Positions 18,301 to 26,000 of a stretch of 59,296 bases of DNA are shown here, piece by piece. Origin of the DNA: an uncultured Candidatus Poseidoniales archaeon (lineage in GTDB: Archaea > Thermoplasmatota > Poseidoniia > Poseidoniales > Thalassarchaeaceae); the NCBI GenBank assembly GCA_964414525.1, contig CAYPWN010000001.1, positions 1 through 59,296 on the forward strand, in the 5' to 3' direction. The notes below the pieces were generated by a model. The model was not told where the DNA came from and made no database searches. It worked only from the letters and a program-made list of their open reading frames with translations. The translations under genes were made by a program, and so were the position numbers. The stretch's first letter is position 1. Every line of letters begins with the position of its first letter.

Positions 18301-20612
18301 CCATGGACTGCTTGAGGCTGAAGCTACTCGACATGCTAGGCTCAGAAGGGCCCCAGACAATAGATTCCCTGAGCACGCGTCTCCCATTCCCAAACGCCCA
18401 GGTCGAATCAGTGCTGCAAGAGCTAGAGATGCGTAATCTGGTCTCTATCGGGTTCTTCACAAGAACAGACGAGGGAGAATTCATCCTCAGAATAGACGAA
18501 TACAGGATTACCGGTGGGCAGGTCAATGTAATCGACTATCGCACCCTTCAGACACTGATTCTTAACAAGTCTTTCTCGAAATTCGAGGAGCCCGCTGAAG
18601 CAATACGTAATCTAACTCTAGTACAGAGAAGGGAAGAGCTGCTCCACAGAGTCGAGAACTACAGATTCCGCGACTGGAAGGACATTAAGCACGACTCCGA
18701 CATCTACAACGGCAGGCTCCTTCACAACAGGGTTGGTTACACATTGGAAGAGGAACTTCCCATGTTTATGGGACTCAGAAGTGAGCCGTGGTTCGGACCA
18801 CTAGATGAGGAACTATTGGAAAAAATCCCACAAGAAGGAATCTCGAGGGCGGATTTATTTTCCGAATATCCCAAGGGTAAGGAGAATGCCCATATCCAGA
18901 GAAGTCTGAAGTCAGCCCTCTCAAATCTGGAGAGGCAGCTTACTATTGCCAAGCAGTATGTTGACGTCCCAAATCGAAAAAGATCTATGGCTATCTTCAG
19001 GAGGCTGCACGGAAAGACAAAGCCACTCCCATTCGAACAGTCCCTATCCGAACTAATTCGTCGAATAGGCCCCGTGAGGCTTCACACACTGAGGTTGTTC
19101 GTTTCTAGGCCAGTCGAAGAGCTGGCAGACACACTTCGAGAACTAGAGAGGACTGGCTCAATTGCCAGAGTAGTCGCTCTACAGCCAGACCCTACTGACT
19201 ACTACACTTCTCAGGAGGACGCTGAGCGCCTTCTTTCCCCTCTGACCGAGGATAGGAAAATGCGAATCCTATCTCAGTCGGATCCCTTCAGTAGCAGATT
19301 TATCCAAGAGGTCAGGCTTCTTTTGAAACAGGGCTGGTACTATCCGGTCTTCAAGGGAGTGGACCCGATTGGGCGAGTCCTTATGTTCGTCGTTAATGAC
19401 TATCTCGAAATTAAGGATATTAATATCCCACACTCGTATCTGGATGATTTCAAAGAAACCTTCGGAGAGTTGCTGGACAACTATAGGGACCGGCTAGTAG
19501 ACGTCTCAGTTCTTCATGCCTTCAATGGTGTCCCCGTTCATGACTGTGATGAGAATATACAGAATATCCTCTCAGAGCTTGGATTCTCATCCATGGGAGA
19601 CGGTGAGAGGTACATTAGGGGGGGGGTAGTAGAGCCAAGATCTAGGAACCAAATCAACAGAATGCTATTCTTCCACCACTGTTTGCATCAAAATAGCAGA
19701 TGGGAGAATGAGACCATTGCTCTTGAGAACTCCATCGAATTGAGAGACGATTTCTCATTGAGGGGACGTTGCGAGATGTTCCGAGTCAACCTCGACTCAA
19801 TGGTTGCAGCACACCAGTTACACCAAGGTTCTAACCTCCGAGGTCACCTAGTTTGGGCCAGATACTCGCACTTCCAAAGGCTCCTGTCCATAAAGAACGT
19901 TCCCAGAGAGCCGGAGGACGAGGAGATTCTGCAATTCTTCAGTGATAACAACGATCCAGATCTTTACATGGAGAGACACGCAATGTCTAGATCGGAGTTT
20001 CGCAAGCTCGCCTCCCCATTAGTCAGGAGCGGGCACTTAATTCAGGACTACAGAGGGGGCTTCAAGACGGTAGAACCTCTTCCCAAGATCGACTTGTGGG
20101 GGGTAAAGAGGGACTATCTCAGAGAACTAGTGAAGGACTACCCAGTCATCACGCTTAGACAGCTAGAAAGGTTAGCCGGATCCCCATTCTCCCCCGAGGA
20201 AATTAGTGACGTAATGCACGACTTCGAAGAAGATGGGACTCTGATCAAGGGATTCTTGGTAGACGATTTGCAGGATATATGTTGGGGCAGGCTCGATATG
20301 CTTGAGGAACTCGGTAGAATATCTCGGACTCGAGATTTGGTTATACCCCCATCCGATCCACTAATCCATTACTTCGGGAGCCTGCTCAGAGAGAGATTCG
20401 GGTATGGCTCTGCGTATCTGGTGTTTCACAAGGAAGAGCCAATAGCCGCATTCAAGGCAAATACCAGAAACGATAAGATAGAACTCACAGATTTCGTAGG
20501 AGACTCAGAACTAGAGAAGGAAGCCATCAGGGTGATGAAGGAATTTGCATGGGAACATGACATGCCACTTTCTGGGAAGCTATTCGATAGGATTAGGTCA
20601 AGAATTGTCTGA
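15315..20612 (+). CDS. lhr: Lhr-type large ATP-dependent SF2 helicase with a long C-terminal extension
   Basis: Helicase motifs are CSPTGSGKT (I), SPIKALANDI (Ia), VDEMH (II), SAT (III), SSSLEMGIDIG (V) and QRIGRAGH (VI). A DEAD-associated/WH region follows. About 850 further residues carry repeated winged-helix-like modules. The ATG at 15315 is preceded by aaGGTGGt. Confidence 0.85.
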   Translation: MPEIKYVSEVSDMDGILDRLSPPVSNWFQEKFEDFTEPQKVAIPKILDGEHLLLCSPTGSGKTLTAFLSIIDDLVRRSLEGTLTDTVQCIYISPIKALANDIQKNLIGPLTEIKDRFLPGRAQEIKVGLRTGDTPQKERERMLRKPPHILITTPESLGLALASKRFRPLLNELKWLIVDEMHSLVPTKRGTHLSLSLALMDSVVETEVQRIGISATMEPLNDVAEFLVASDPRESEAQKQSVSIAKVSGSRELDMDIILPSPRFTSIPVKEILDHNIDRIKELVEAHTTTLVFVNTRNMTETFVQRLKVAGLEGVEGHHGSMDKSIRLDVEQRLKEGRLRCVVSSSSLEMGIDIGSVDFVIQVGSPGSIATALQRIGRAGHHVGGLPRARFLPTSSHDLLEIVALQNGILSGNMDLLKFPENCLDVLAQFLIGLTIIREWDIDEAYELVQASWPYRSLPYDDYIEVLDLLEEERRVWVDWEENRFGKRGYAQMIYYTNIGTISPDNNYLVFTSDGTMVGQLSSSFVSSLRNGDVFLLGGSTYRVSSVIGTRVNVTSATGYRPTIPSWTGEAMSRSSELSGEVLDLLEILSVQYRTGRGITPFLVDVLGLNKPVANALTQFLDEHSATTFQVPSKDRILVEQVEAPLPTYVVTTCRGRAFNLALGNLFAGMASRDNIAVHELSFDENGFMAKLSHEIEVSSIPAVFRGSGSEDTLHKYLIESQLFAKRFREVSSRSMLNPRRVGAEEVSPKQFQQKAEQIMNRHRKMDDSVIVREAMNEILTTDLDMVQLRQFISRMDSEDVRIVHRRVKIPSPLGLTLFMSSFEDLLSLRTRAYLIKDVDPEILRRLLGARSLATELDEQKLSEYYQSKVSVPTNANELLRLMDMGGGLERQLTHPLYSEKLKDIEFETLRGWVHELAERELITKIRGTGLEKIDGKWFSMRMTEVHGTLGCLAVAGAAEMDDLRELYTGGLSYEVGEGFVGGEPTNWRKKTLSDPMDCLRLKLLDMLGSEGPQTIDSLSTRLPFPNAQVESVLQELEMRNLVSIGFFTRTDEGEFILRIDEYRITGGQVNVIDYRTLQTLILNKSFSKFEEPAEAIRNLTLVQRREELLHRVENYRFRDWKDIKHDSDIYNGRLLHNRVGYTLEEELPMFMGLRSEPWFGPLDEELLEKIPQEGISRADLFSEYPKGKENAHIQRSLKSALSNLERQLTIAKQYVDVPNRKRSMAIFRRLHGKTKPLPFEQSLSELIRRIGPVRLHTLRLFVSRPVEELADTLRELERTGSIARVVALQPDPTDYYTSQEDAERLLSPLTEDRKMRILSQSDPFSSRFIQEVRLLLKQGWYYPVFKGVDPIGRVLMFVVNDYLEIKDINIPHSYLDDFKETFGELLDNYRDRLVDVSVLHAFNGVPVHDCDENIQNILSELGFSSMGDGERYIRGGVVEPRSRNQINRMLFFHHCLHQNSRWENETIALENSIELRDDFSLRGRCEMFRVNLDSMVAAHQLHQGSNLRGHLVWARYSHFQRLLSIKNVPREPEDEEILQFFSDNNDPDLYMERHAMSRSEFRKLASPLVRSGHLIQDYRGGFKTVEPLPKIDLWGVKRDYLRELVKDYPVITLRQLERLAGSPFSPEEISDVMHDFEEDGTLIKGFLVDDLQDICWGRLDMLEELGRISRTRDLVIPPSDPLIHYFGSLLRERFGYGSAYLVFHKEEPIAAFKANTRNDKIELTDFVGDSELEKEAIRVMKEFAWEHDMPLSGKLFDRIRSRIV

Positions 20613-21641
20613 GGCTCCTCTCTCAGTGCCCGTAGCAACCAGCAAGGGCCTCATTACCCTCATCACATGCCTGTGCAGTTCTGGGAGTAGGTCGAACAGG
20701 GCTATAGCCATCAGGAACATAGCGAACAGACTAGCTACCTTAGCAGCGTAACTATGCGTGAAGTCGAAAATATCCATCCCAAACAATGACCATTTCGGAT
20801 ACGTGTCAGTAAGCCAAACGATCCCTGCGTTTCTGAAAACGTTTAGCACGTGGATCGTAGGTATTGCGATTATCAAAGCCCTCGCACGTCTTTTCCAATG
20901 TACTGAATTTAAGGCAACTATTGCGCCTATGAAAACAGCCATAGACTGCAATGCGGAGCATGCCAGGATGAATGAAACCACTCCCTCTCCTTCGCTATTT
21001 TCCATTGGAGCGTAGAACCCACCTTCCCCTAGGGGCTCACTCAGAACAAGCCTATTCCCGTCCCAGTCCGAAACTGGAATTGCACTTTGTTGGTGCCTCT
21101 CAATCATCATCGGGCCAATCTCGTAACCGCCAATCCCTGCAAATTCTAGCATAATGTCAGCGCTTACTGCTGTGAATTGAACGAATGCCATGTTCAGATA
21201 GGGTACTCCGAAAACAAGGTAGTAGGGAATCATCGACCAGACAACAAACCCCCTTGACCACACTATCGTATCATTTCCCGAGCCGTAGCTTGTCCACTCC
21301 CAATATGCCATAGCAAGTCCCGCTGGCAGGGCTCCAGCGGTCATCAAGACTAGGACCGGATCTGCTATCTCAACGAAGTGGCTAGAATATAGGTAGAAGA
21401 AAAGCCCTATCAATGGCCAGCCAAGAACCGAACAGACCATCGAATATTCCTTTGTGTGCTTATGGAAACCAATTCCTAGTAGAACTAAGCCAATCGACCC
21501 AATTAGGAGCTGCATTGTTACGTCAGAGATTCCAAGCACATCGGAAAATCCCCCCATCAACACTCCAATTGGGTCTTCCACGTTACCCTTGCTTTCATCA
21601 ACCCGTAAATAGGATGCCCCCTCCCGAACGCACAGAGCCAT
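20598..21641 (-). CDS. artA: Archaeosortase A (PGF-CTERM processing transpeptidase)
   Basis: It is a polytopic protein with Cys, Arg and His signature contexts: FILACSALQS, HVLNVFRNAGIVW and FDFTHSYAAKV. An alternative ATG at 21557 is preceded by GGAGTG and would give a size nearer the roughly 300 aa I recall for archaeosortases. Confidence 0.7.
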   Translation of the reverse strand: MALCVREGASYLRVDESKGNVEDPIGVLMGGFSDVLGISDVTMQLLIGSIGLVLLGIGFHKHTKEYSMVCSVLGWPLIGLFFYLYSSHFVEIADPVLVLMTAGALPAGLAMAYWEWTSYGSGNDTIVWSRGFVVWSMIPYYLVFGVPYLNMAFVQFTAVSADIMLEFAGIGGYEIGPMMIERHQQSAIPVSDWDGNRLVLSEPLGEGGFYAPMENSEGEGVVSFILACSALQSMAVFIGAIVALNSVHWKRRARALIIAIPTIHVLNVFRNAGIVWLTDTYPKWSLFGMDIFDFTHSYAAKVASLFAMFLMAIALFDLLPELHRHVMRVMRPLLVATGTERGASDNS

Positions 21642-22209
21642 GGGATTCGAGTTCAGAGAATTCGCCGAGACATATGTCGAATCACTAGTGGATACTCTTG
21701 GCGATATGCCATATTCATCTCTTGAGGAATTCTGGAGAATGGTGGAGTCTGCTAGGGATGATGGAGCTACGGTTCATTTCATTGGCAATGGTGGAAGCGC
21801 CGGAACTCCTACTCACAGTGCGGGGGACTGGTCGAAGGAATTGTCATTGAAGACACTGTCACATGTAGATAACACGCCATCACTAACTGCATGGGCAAAC
21901 GACACCAACTACGATAACGTATTCGTGGGACAGCTATCCACATTTGCTAATTCAGGAGACTTGGTGGTAGGGTTCAGCGGCTCTGGTAATTCACAAAACG
22001 TACTGAATGGAATTTCCTTTGCCAAGGAAATTGGCTGTAAGACCGTGGCGGTCACGGGCGACTACCAGGGATTAGGTGGCGGGAAACTCGTTGAAATTGC
22101 TGACGTCTCGATTATTATCCCCTCCAGATCTATGGAGCGAATAGAGGATCTACAGCTAGTAATCAACCATATCCTGAAAGAGGCAGTAAAATCAAATCAC
22201 GGTCTGTGA
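21640..22209 (+). CDS. gmhA: SIS-domain phosphoheptose isomerase (GmhA-like)
   Basis: FIGNGGSAGTPTHSAGDWSKE and GFSGSGNSQNVLNGISFAKEIGCKTVAVTG are present. It is 189 aa. Confidence 0.7.
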   Translation: MGFEFREFAETYVESLVDTLGDMPYSSLEEFWRMVESARDDGATVHFIGNGGSAGTPTHSAGDWSKELSLKTLSHVDNTPSLTAWANDTNYDNVFVGQLSTFANSGDLVVGFSGSGNSQNVLNGISFAKEIGCKTVAVTGDYQGLGGGKLVEIADVSIIIPSRSMERIEDLQLVINHILKEAVKSNHGL

Positions 22210-22213
22210 GAAA

Positions 22214-22849
22214 ATGCTCCCCCCACATAGGCACCGCTCTACACTAGAAGAACCCCTAGTTCTGAACGGCCTTCCCTCAGGGAAGGAATGGACGGGTAAA
22301 ATTGCGTATTTGGACAGAGACGGAGTTTTGAACAGGTGGTCAGCAGATTACGTCAATAACCCGGACGAAGTCGTAATGCTTCCAGAAGCCGGAAAGGCGG
22401 TAGCTGACCTTAGAAGGTCGGGTTTCAGGATTTGCGTAGTCACAAATCAGTCCCCAATTGGTAGGGGCCTATGGGATCATCATACTCTCCAAGAAATACA
22501 CGATGCCCTACAGTTTCAATTGCTAGAAAATGACTCTGACGCAGAAATCGACCTTTTGCTCTACAGCCCCTATTATCCTGGCCAGGAATCATGGGCAAGG
22601 AAACCAAATCCCGGGATGCTTGAGGCAGGTAGGCAATTAATCGACAATGCACATTACAACGAGGGGAATTTCCAAATCTTGTTTGGGCCAGATTGGGTAG
22701 ATAGGCCCAACGAGGAAAACTCAGTGCTGGTTGGTGACCGCCAATCTGACCTAGAAGCTGCAGAAAGATTTGGGGTGAGGGGTATCAGATGCGACCAAAA
22801 CGAAGGAATCGCTGCTGTAGTTAATCAGATTCTGGGCTCTGGGTGGTGA
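22214..22849 (+). CDS. gmhB: HAD-IIIA phosphatase (D,D-heptose 1,7-bisphosphate phosphatase GmhB-like)
   Basis: HAD motifs are AYLDRDGVLN, VVTNQSPIGRG, RKPNPGML and VGDRQSDLEAA. It lacks the Cys-rich Zn loop of E. coli GmhB. Confidence 0.65.
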   Translation: MLPPHRHRSTLEEPLVLNGLPSGKEWTGKIAYLDRDGVLNRWSADYVNNPDEVVMLPEAGKAVADLRRSGFRICVVTNQSPIGRGLWDHHTLQEIHDALQFQLLENDSDAEIDLLLYSPYYPGQESWARKPNPGMLEAGRQLIDNAHYNEGNFQILFGPDWVDRPNEENSVLVGDRQSDLEAAERFGVRGIRCDQNEGIAAVVNQILGSGW

Positions 22850-22925
22850 TTCTGTAGGACGGGTTAGGTGCCGACTTGGCCTAGACGATACTGACCATGC
22901 GGAGGTCGGATGCACTACGGAGAGA

Positions 22926-24122
22926 ATGAACGATCTACTAATGACGATTAGCACGAGTTTGGAATATACCTTGGTGGAAAGGAGACTAATCAGGCTTTGG
23001 CCCTTCGCAGAGAGAAGAACTAGGGGAAACGGCGCACTCGGGGCAATATTGGAGATTGGTGACCACCAAAAAGAGAATCTTGACTCAATTTGCCGAAAAT
23101 GGTTCTCCGGTTTGATGAACCGAATAGAAAAGTACCCTGACTCTGGGACTCCACCTTCTCCCTGTCTATTGATTTCCCACGATGCATTGCCCGTTGAATG
23201 GTATTGGGACGCTGTCAGGGGCTTCGTCGACTCCAGTTATAGGATGGAGCAGGCAGTGGATAGGAATTGCACTATTTTCCATTCAGATTCCAATTTTGGC
23301 GTGGTCGGAGCATGTGCCGCAGCCGCATGGAAACCCTCAATCGAGTCATCCTGGGAATTGATTGCATGGAGGAAAGATGAATTGATCGGCAGCCAGAGAA
23401 TGGTTTCCAAGGAGGCTGTATACGGCTTGGCCCAGAATCACCCGGAAACCTTCCTCAATAGGGATCCTACCAAGGACATCGGGATGATTGCCCCTAGGAC
23501 CCCATGCCCAGTACTATACGGAATCCGAGGATCATCTGAGTCTGTTGTTTCCAAGGCACACCATTGGTTGCAAGACAGAGAGGACGTTGAGAGTTGCCTA
23601 TCATTTGCCTCACATATTACTAACCAGCTTAGCGATGACCACATCCCACCCCCTCGAAGTGGTGCAGTCACTTCTACACCCGAGGAAACACGAGGCGGGC
23701 ATTCATTCCTATTCGCGTTCACCGGAAAAGAGAGAATCAAATTGGTCGCATTCTCGGAGGGTGGTCCAGTGAATAGGCTTCTTAGGACATTGAGGCCAGG
23801 GGACAACATTTCTTGGTCTGGATTAGAGGCACCCGATGGTTCAGTTCACCTCGAAAAACTTCGTCTTGATTTTGCCTCACCGCGCATCGTTGGAAGGCCT
23901 TTATGTTGCTCACGTACAATGAGGAGTGCAGGAAGGGGCCAGGGCCTCAGATGCCTATCTTGTGGCAAGGTGGAGGGCAAGCACTGGAAAAGTACTGAGG
24001 CAGAAACCCCATCTGGCCACCTCATTGGAGAGTGGATAGAACCTACTCCCTCGAACCGTAGGCACCTCTCAAAACCACTGGCTCACGGGAATCCGAGTGC
24101 GTCCATAATCTCGATGGAGTAG
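22926..24122 (+). CDS. tiaS: tRNA(Ile2) 2-agmatinylcytidine synthetase TiaS; coordinates are from the first ATG, but the true start is probably upstream
   Basis: LIRLWPFAERRTRGNGA, an OB-like region and the C-terminal Zn ribbon CCSRTMRSAGRGQGLRCLSCG plus RRHLSKP are present. The in-frame upstream sequence (22821-22925) encodes GLDDTDHAEVGCTT, the family's N-terminal catalytic motif (see findings). Confidence 0.8.
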   Translation: MNDLLMTISTSLEYTLVERRLIRLWPFAERRTRGNGALGAILEIGDHQKENLDSICRKWFSGLMNRIEKYPDSGTPPSPCLLISHDALPVEWYWDAVRGFVDSSYRMEQAVDRNCTIFHSDSNFGVVGACAAAAWKPSIESSWELIAWRKDELIGSQRMVSKEAVYGLAQNHPETFLNRDPTKDIGMIAPRTPCPVLYGIRGSSESVVSKAHHWLQDREDVESCLSFASHITNQLSDDHIPPPRSGAVTSTPEETRGGHSFLFAFTGKERIKLVAFSEGGPVNRLLRTLRPGDNISWSGLEAPDGSVHLEKLRLDFASPRIVGRPLCCSRTMRSAGRGQGLRCLSCGKVEGKHWKSTEAETPSGHLIGEWIEPTPSNRRHLSKPLAHGNPSASIISME

Positions 24123-24127
24123 CTCGA

Positions 24128-24361
24128 ATGTCCAGCCTAACAGAGATGCTACTAACCTTCATTCTGATCTCAACCTCAGCATATCTAATTTGGACCATTC
24201 TCAGAATAAGACAAAGGCGACTCAAACATTCTGCAGACTCAGGAAATGAACATATTGGAGAAGCCAAGGATCCACAACTTCTCATGGAACCCACTCCCGA
24301 TGCGTTGAATGAGATGGAAAAATTACTAGTTAAAGAAGGACTTTCACTTTCTGAAGAGTAA
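24128..24361 (+). CDS. Small hypothetical protein with an N-terminal TM helix
   Basis: The start is ATG, 5 nt after the tiaS stop. It has one hydrophobic helix (LLTFILISTSAYLIWTIL). No homology is recognised. Confidence 0.35.
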   Translation: MSSLTEMLLTFILISTSAYLIWTILRIRQRRLKHSADSGNEHIGEAKDPQLLMEPTPDALNEMEKLLVKEGLSLSEE

Positions 24362-24399
24362 ATGCAGAAGAATAATTTCTCAGACCCCATGCGAGAGTC

Positions 24400-24618
24400 A
24401 TGGCAAAGAAGCCCGGCCCAGTAGAGAGGATACCACGACGCCCCCCGCCTGAGTTCAGAGAGTCCGAGGAATCCATCATCAGCGGTGTTGTCGAAGACGG
24501 TTTTCTGAATGTAGCCCTGAACGACGCCAACCAGTTTGGCCCTCATGCAATGATTATGCTGCTATTTGCCGTTGCAACTGTTACCGCAATAGCATTGCTG
24601 CTACCGACCCTATTTTGA
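24400..24618 (+). CDS. Small hypothetical tail-anchored membrane protein
   Basis: The start is ATG. It has a C-terminal hydrophobic helix (MIMLLFAVATVTAIALLLPTLF). The 3' end overlaps purB by 9 nt. Confidence 0.35.
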   Translation: MAKKPGPVERIPRRPPPEFRESEESIISGVVEDGFLNVALNDANQFGPHAMIMLLFAVATVTAIALLLPTLF

Positions 24619-25965
24619 ACATCTTTTCATAGCAATTGAAACTGCACTTTCCACTATTTCAGAAGCAGATCCTAGGTGCGATTCCGGGTTGAAGAATCCC
24701 GAGAGCTCTTCCTCATCCAGCAGATCCATTATCGGCTTCGATGACTTGCATGTTATTTCCAGATTTACTCCGTTTCCCATTGCTTCCATAGAAGCCTTTC
24801 GGAGCTCCTCATGGGCTTGTTCTCTAGGCATCCCTCGATCCACTAACTCCAACATTACTTTCTCGGCCATTATTAGCCCTCCTTGATCTTCCATATTCTG
24901 TAACATTTTTTCCCTATTGACAACGAGTTTGGAAAGCACCCTTTCACACTTGGAAATTATGTCGTCAAGGAGAATCATCGAGTGAGATAGTGTGAATCTC
25001 TCGGAGGATGAGTTAGCAAGGTCTCTCTCGTGCCAGAGTAGAGCATTCTCGTAGGAGGGCACTATCATTGAACGAACGATCCTAGCAAGACCGCAAGCAT
25101 TCTCAGCAGTAATCGGATTCTTCTTGTGGGCCATTGTGGAGGAACCAACCTGCTTCTCTGTGTCGAATTCTTCCGAGACTTCCCCTATTTCTGTCCTCTG
25201 AAGGTTCCTAACTTCTTGTAGTACCTTCTCAATGCTTGTTGCTACGTTTGCCATCCAGCTGACCCATTCCACGTACCTGTCCCTTCCTACCACTTGGGTC
25301 GTTGCAACTGGGACTTCTAGGCCCAGATTTCCAAGAACAAGCTCCTGTAATTCCAGGGCCCTGTCCCCTTGAGCAGCCCCAGTTCCCACAGCACCCAGAA
25401 ATTTTCCCGTGGTACAGCGAGACGTCATCTCTTCTAACCTGTCAAGATGCCTACGAAACTCGTCTATCCAGACTGCTACTTTTAGGCCGAACGTAATGGG
25501 CACTGCCGCCTGACCATGAGTTCTGCCAAGCATAACCGTACCCTTCTCTCTTTGAGCTATTTCGCACATGGTGAGAACCAATCTCCTCAGAGACTCGTCT
25601 TGTATGCAAATGCTATCTTTGATCTGCAATGCCACAGCTGAGTCAACTATGTCATTGCTAGTTGCACCTAGGTGAACACACCACCCAGCTTCCCCAGCCG
25701 CCTCGGCCATTGCTTTGGTTAAGGCCATGATATCATGCTTCGTCTCCTGCTCCAATTCATCTACCCTGTCGGCAGTCACAATTCCGGGGTCTGAAATCTC
25801 GGCAATTGCGTCATAGTCCTCAGGAGAAACCCTCCCCATCTTGCTATGGGCCCATATCAGCGCCCTCTCCACTTCTAGAAGGCGAGCGTGCCGCCCCTCC
25901 CTAGACCATATTTCCTTAGCCTCATCTCTTCCGTACCTGTAATCTAAAGGTGAGACTGGCATCAA
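24610..25965 (-). CDS. purB: Adenylosuccinate lyase
   Basis: The N-terminus is SPLDYRYG. The fumarate-lyase signature GSSTMAHKKNP is present. It is 451 aa. Confidence 0.95.
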   Translation of the reverse strand: MMPVSPLDYRYGRDEAKEIWSREGRHARLLEVERALIWAHSKMGRVSPEDYDAIAEISDPGIVTADRVDELEQETKHDIMALTKAMAEAAGEAGWCVHLGATSNDIVDSAVALQIKDSICIQDESLRRLVLTMCEIAQREKGTVMLGRTHGQAAVPITFGLKVAVWIDEFRRHLDRLEEMTSRCTTGKFLGAVGTGAAQGDRALELQELVLGNLGLEVPVATTQVVGRDRYVEWVSWMANVATSIEKVLQEVRNLQRTEIGEVSEEFDTEKQVGSSTMAHKKNPITAENACGLARIVRSMIVPSYENALLWHERDLANSSSERFTLSHSMILLDDIISKCERVLSKLVVNREKMLQNMEDQGGLIMAEKVMLELVDRGMPREQAHEELRKASMEAMGNGVNLEITCKSSKPIMDLLDEEELSGFFNPESHLGSASEIVESAVSIAMKRCSK

Positions 25966-26000
25966 CTTCGAGCCGTCCCACCATGGTCCCCTGTTTGAGC

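Noticed and set aside
19618-19626. G-homopolymer runs inside coding regions as possible slipped-strand phase-variation sites. They are about G9 in lhr at 19618-19626, and about G8 at 37212-37219 in EF-2, 49094-49101 in the radical SAM gene and 58307-58314 in metG.
   Set aside because: All are in frame and encode Gly-Gly in essential housekeeping genes. They are more relevant as potential sequencing-error hotspots than as regulatory switches.
22841-22866. A +1 frameshift at the gmhB stop, and likewise at the SRP54 stop (6560-6558), producing GmhB-TiaS or SRP54-TrmY fusion proteins. Both downstream frames are +1 relative to the upstream UGA.
   Set aside because: The fusions make no functional sense. 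The shared +1 relation has about a 1 in 9 chance of arising by coincidence, and no slippery or stimulatory element is evident. Non-canonical initiation or reinitiation, or a base-call error, is more plausible. It is kept only as a note within the tiaS and trmY findings.
24043-24546. A 167-aa minus-strand ORF covering the two small plus-strand ORFs between tiaS and purB.
   Set aside because: It has no motif and overlaps the tiaS 3' end. The two plus-strand ORFs each have an ATG and a clean single TM helix. All three remain weak, so the plus-strand pair is reported only at low confidence.
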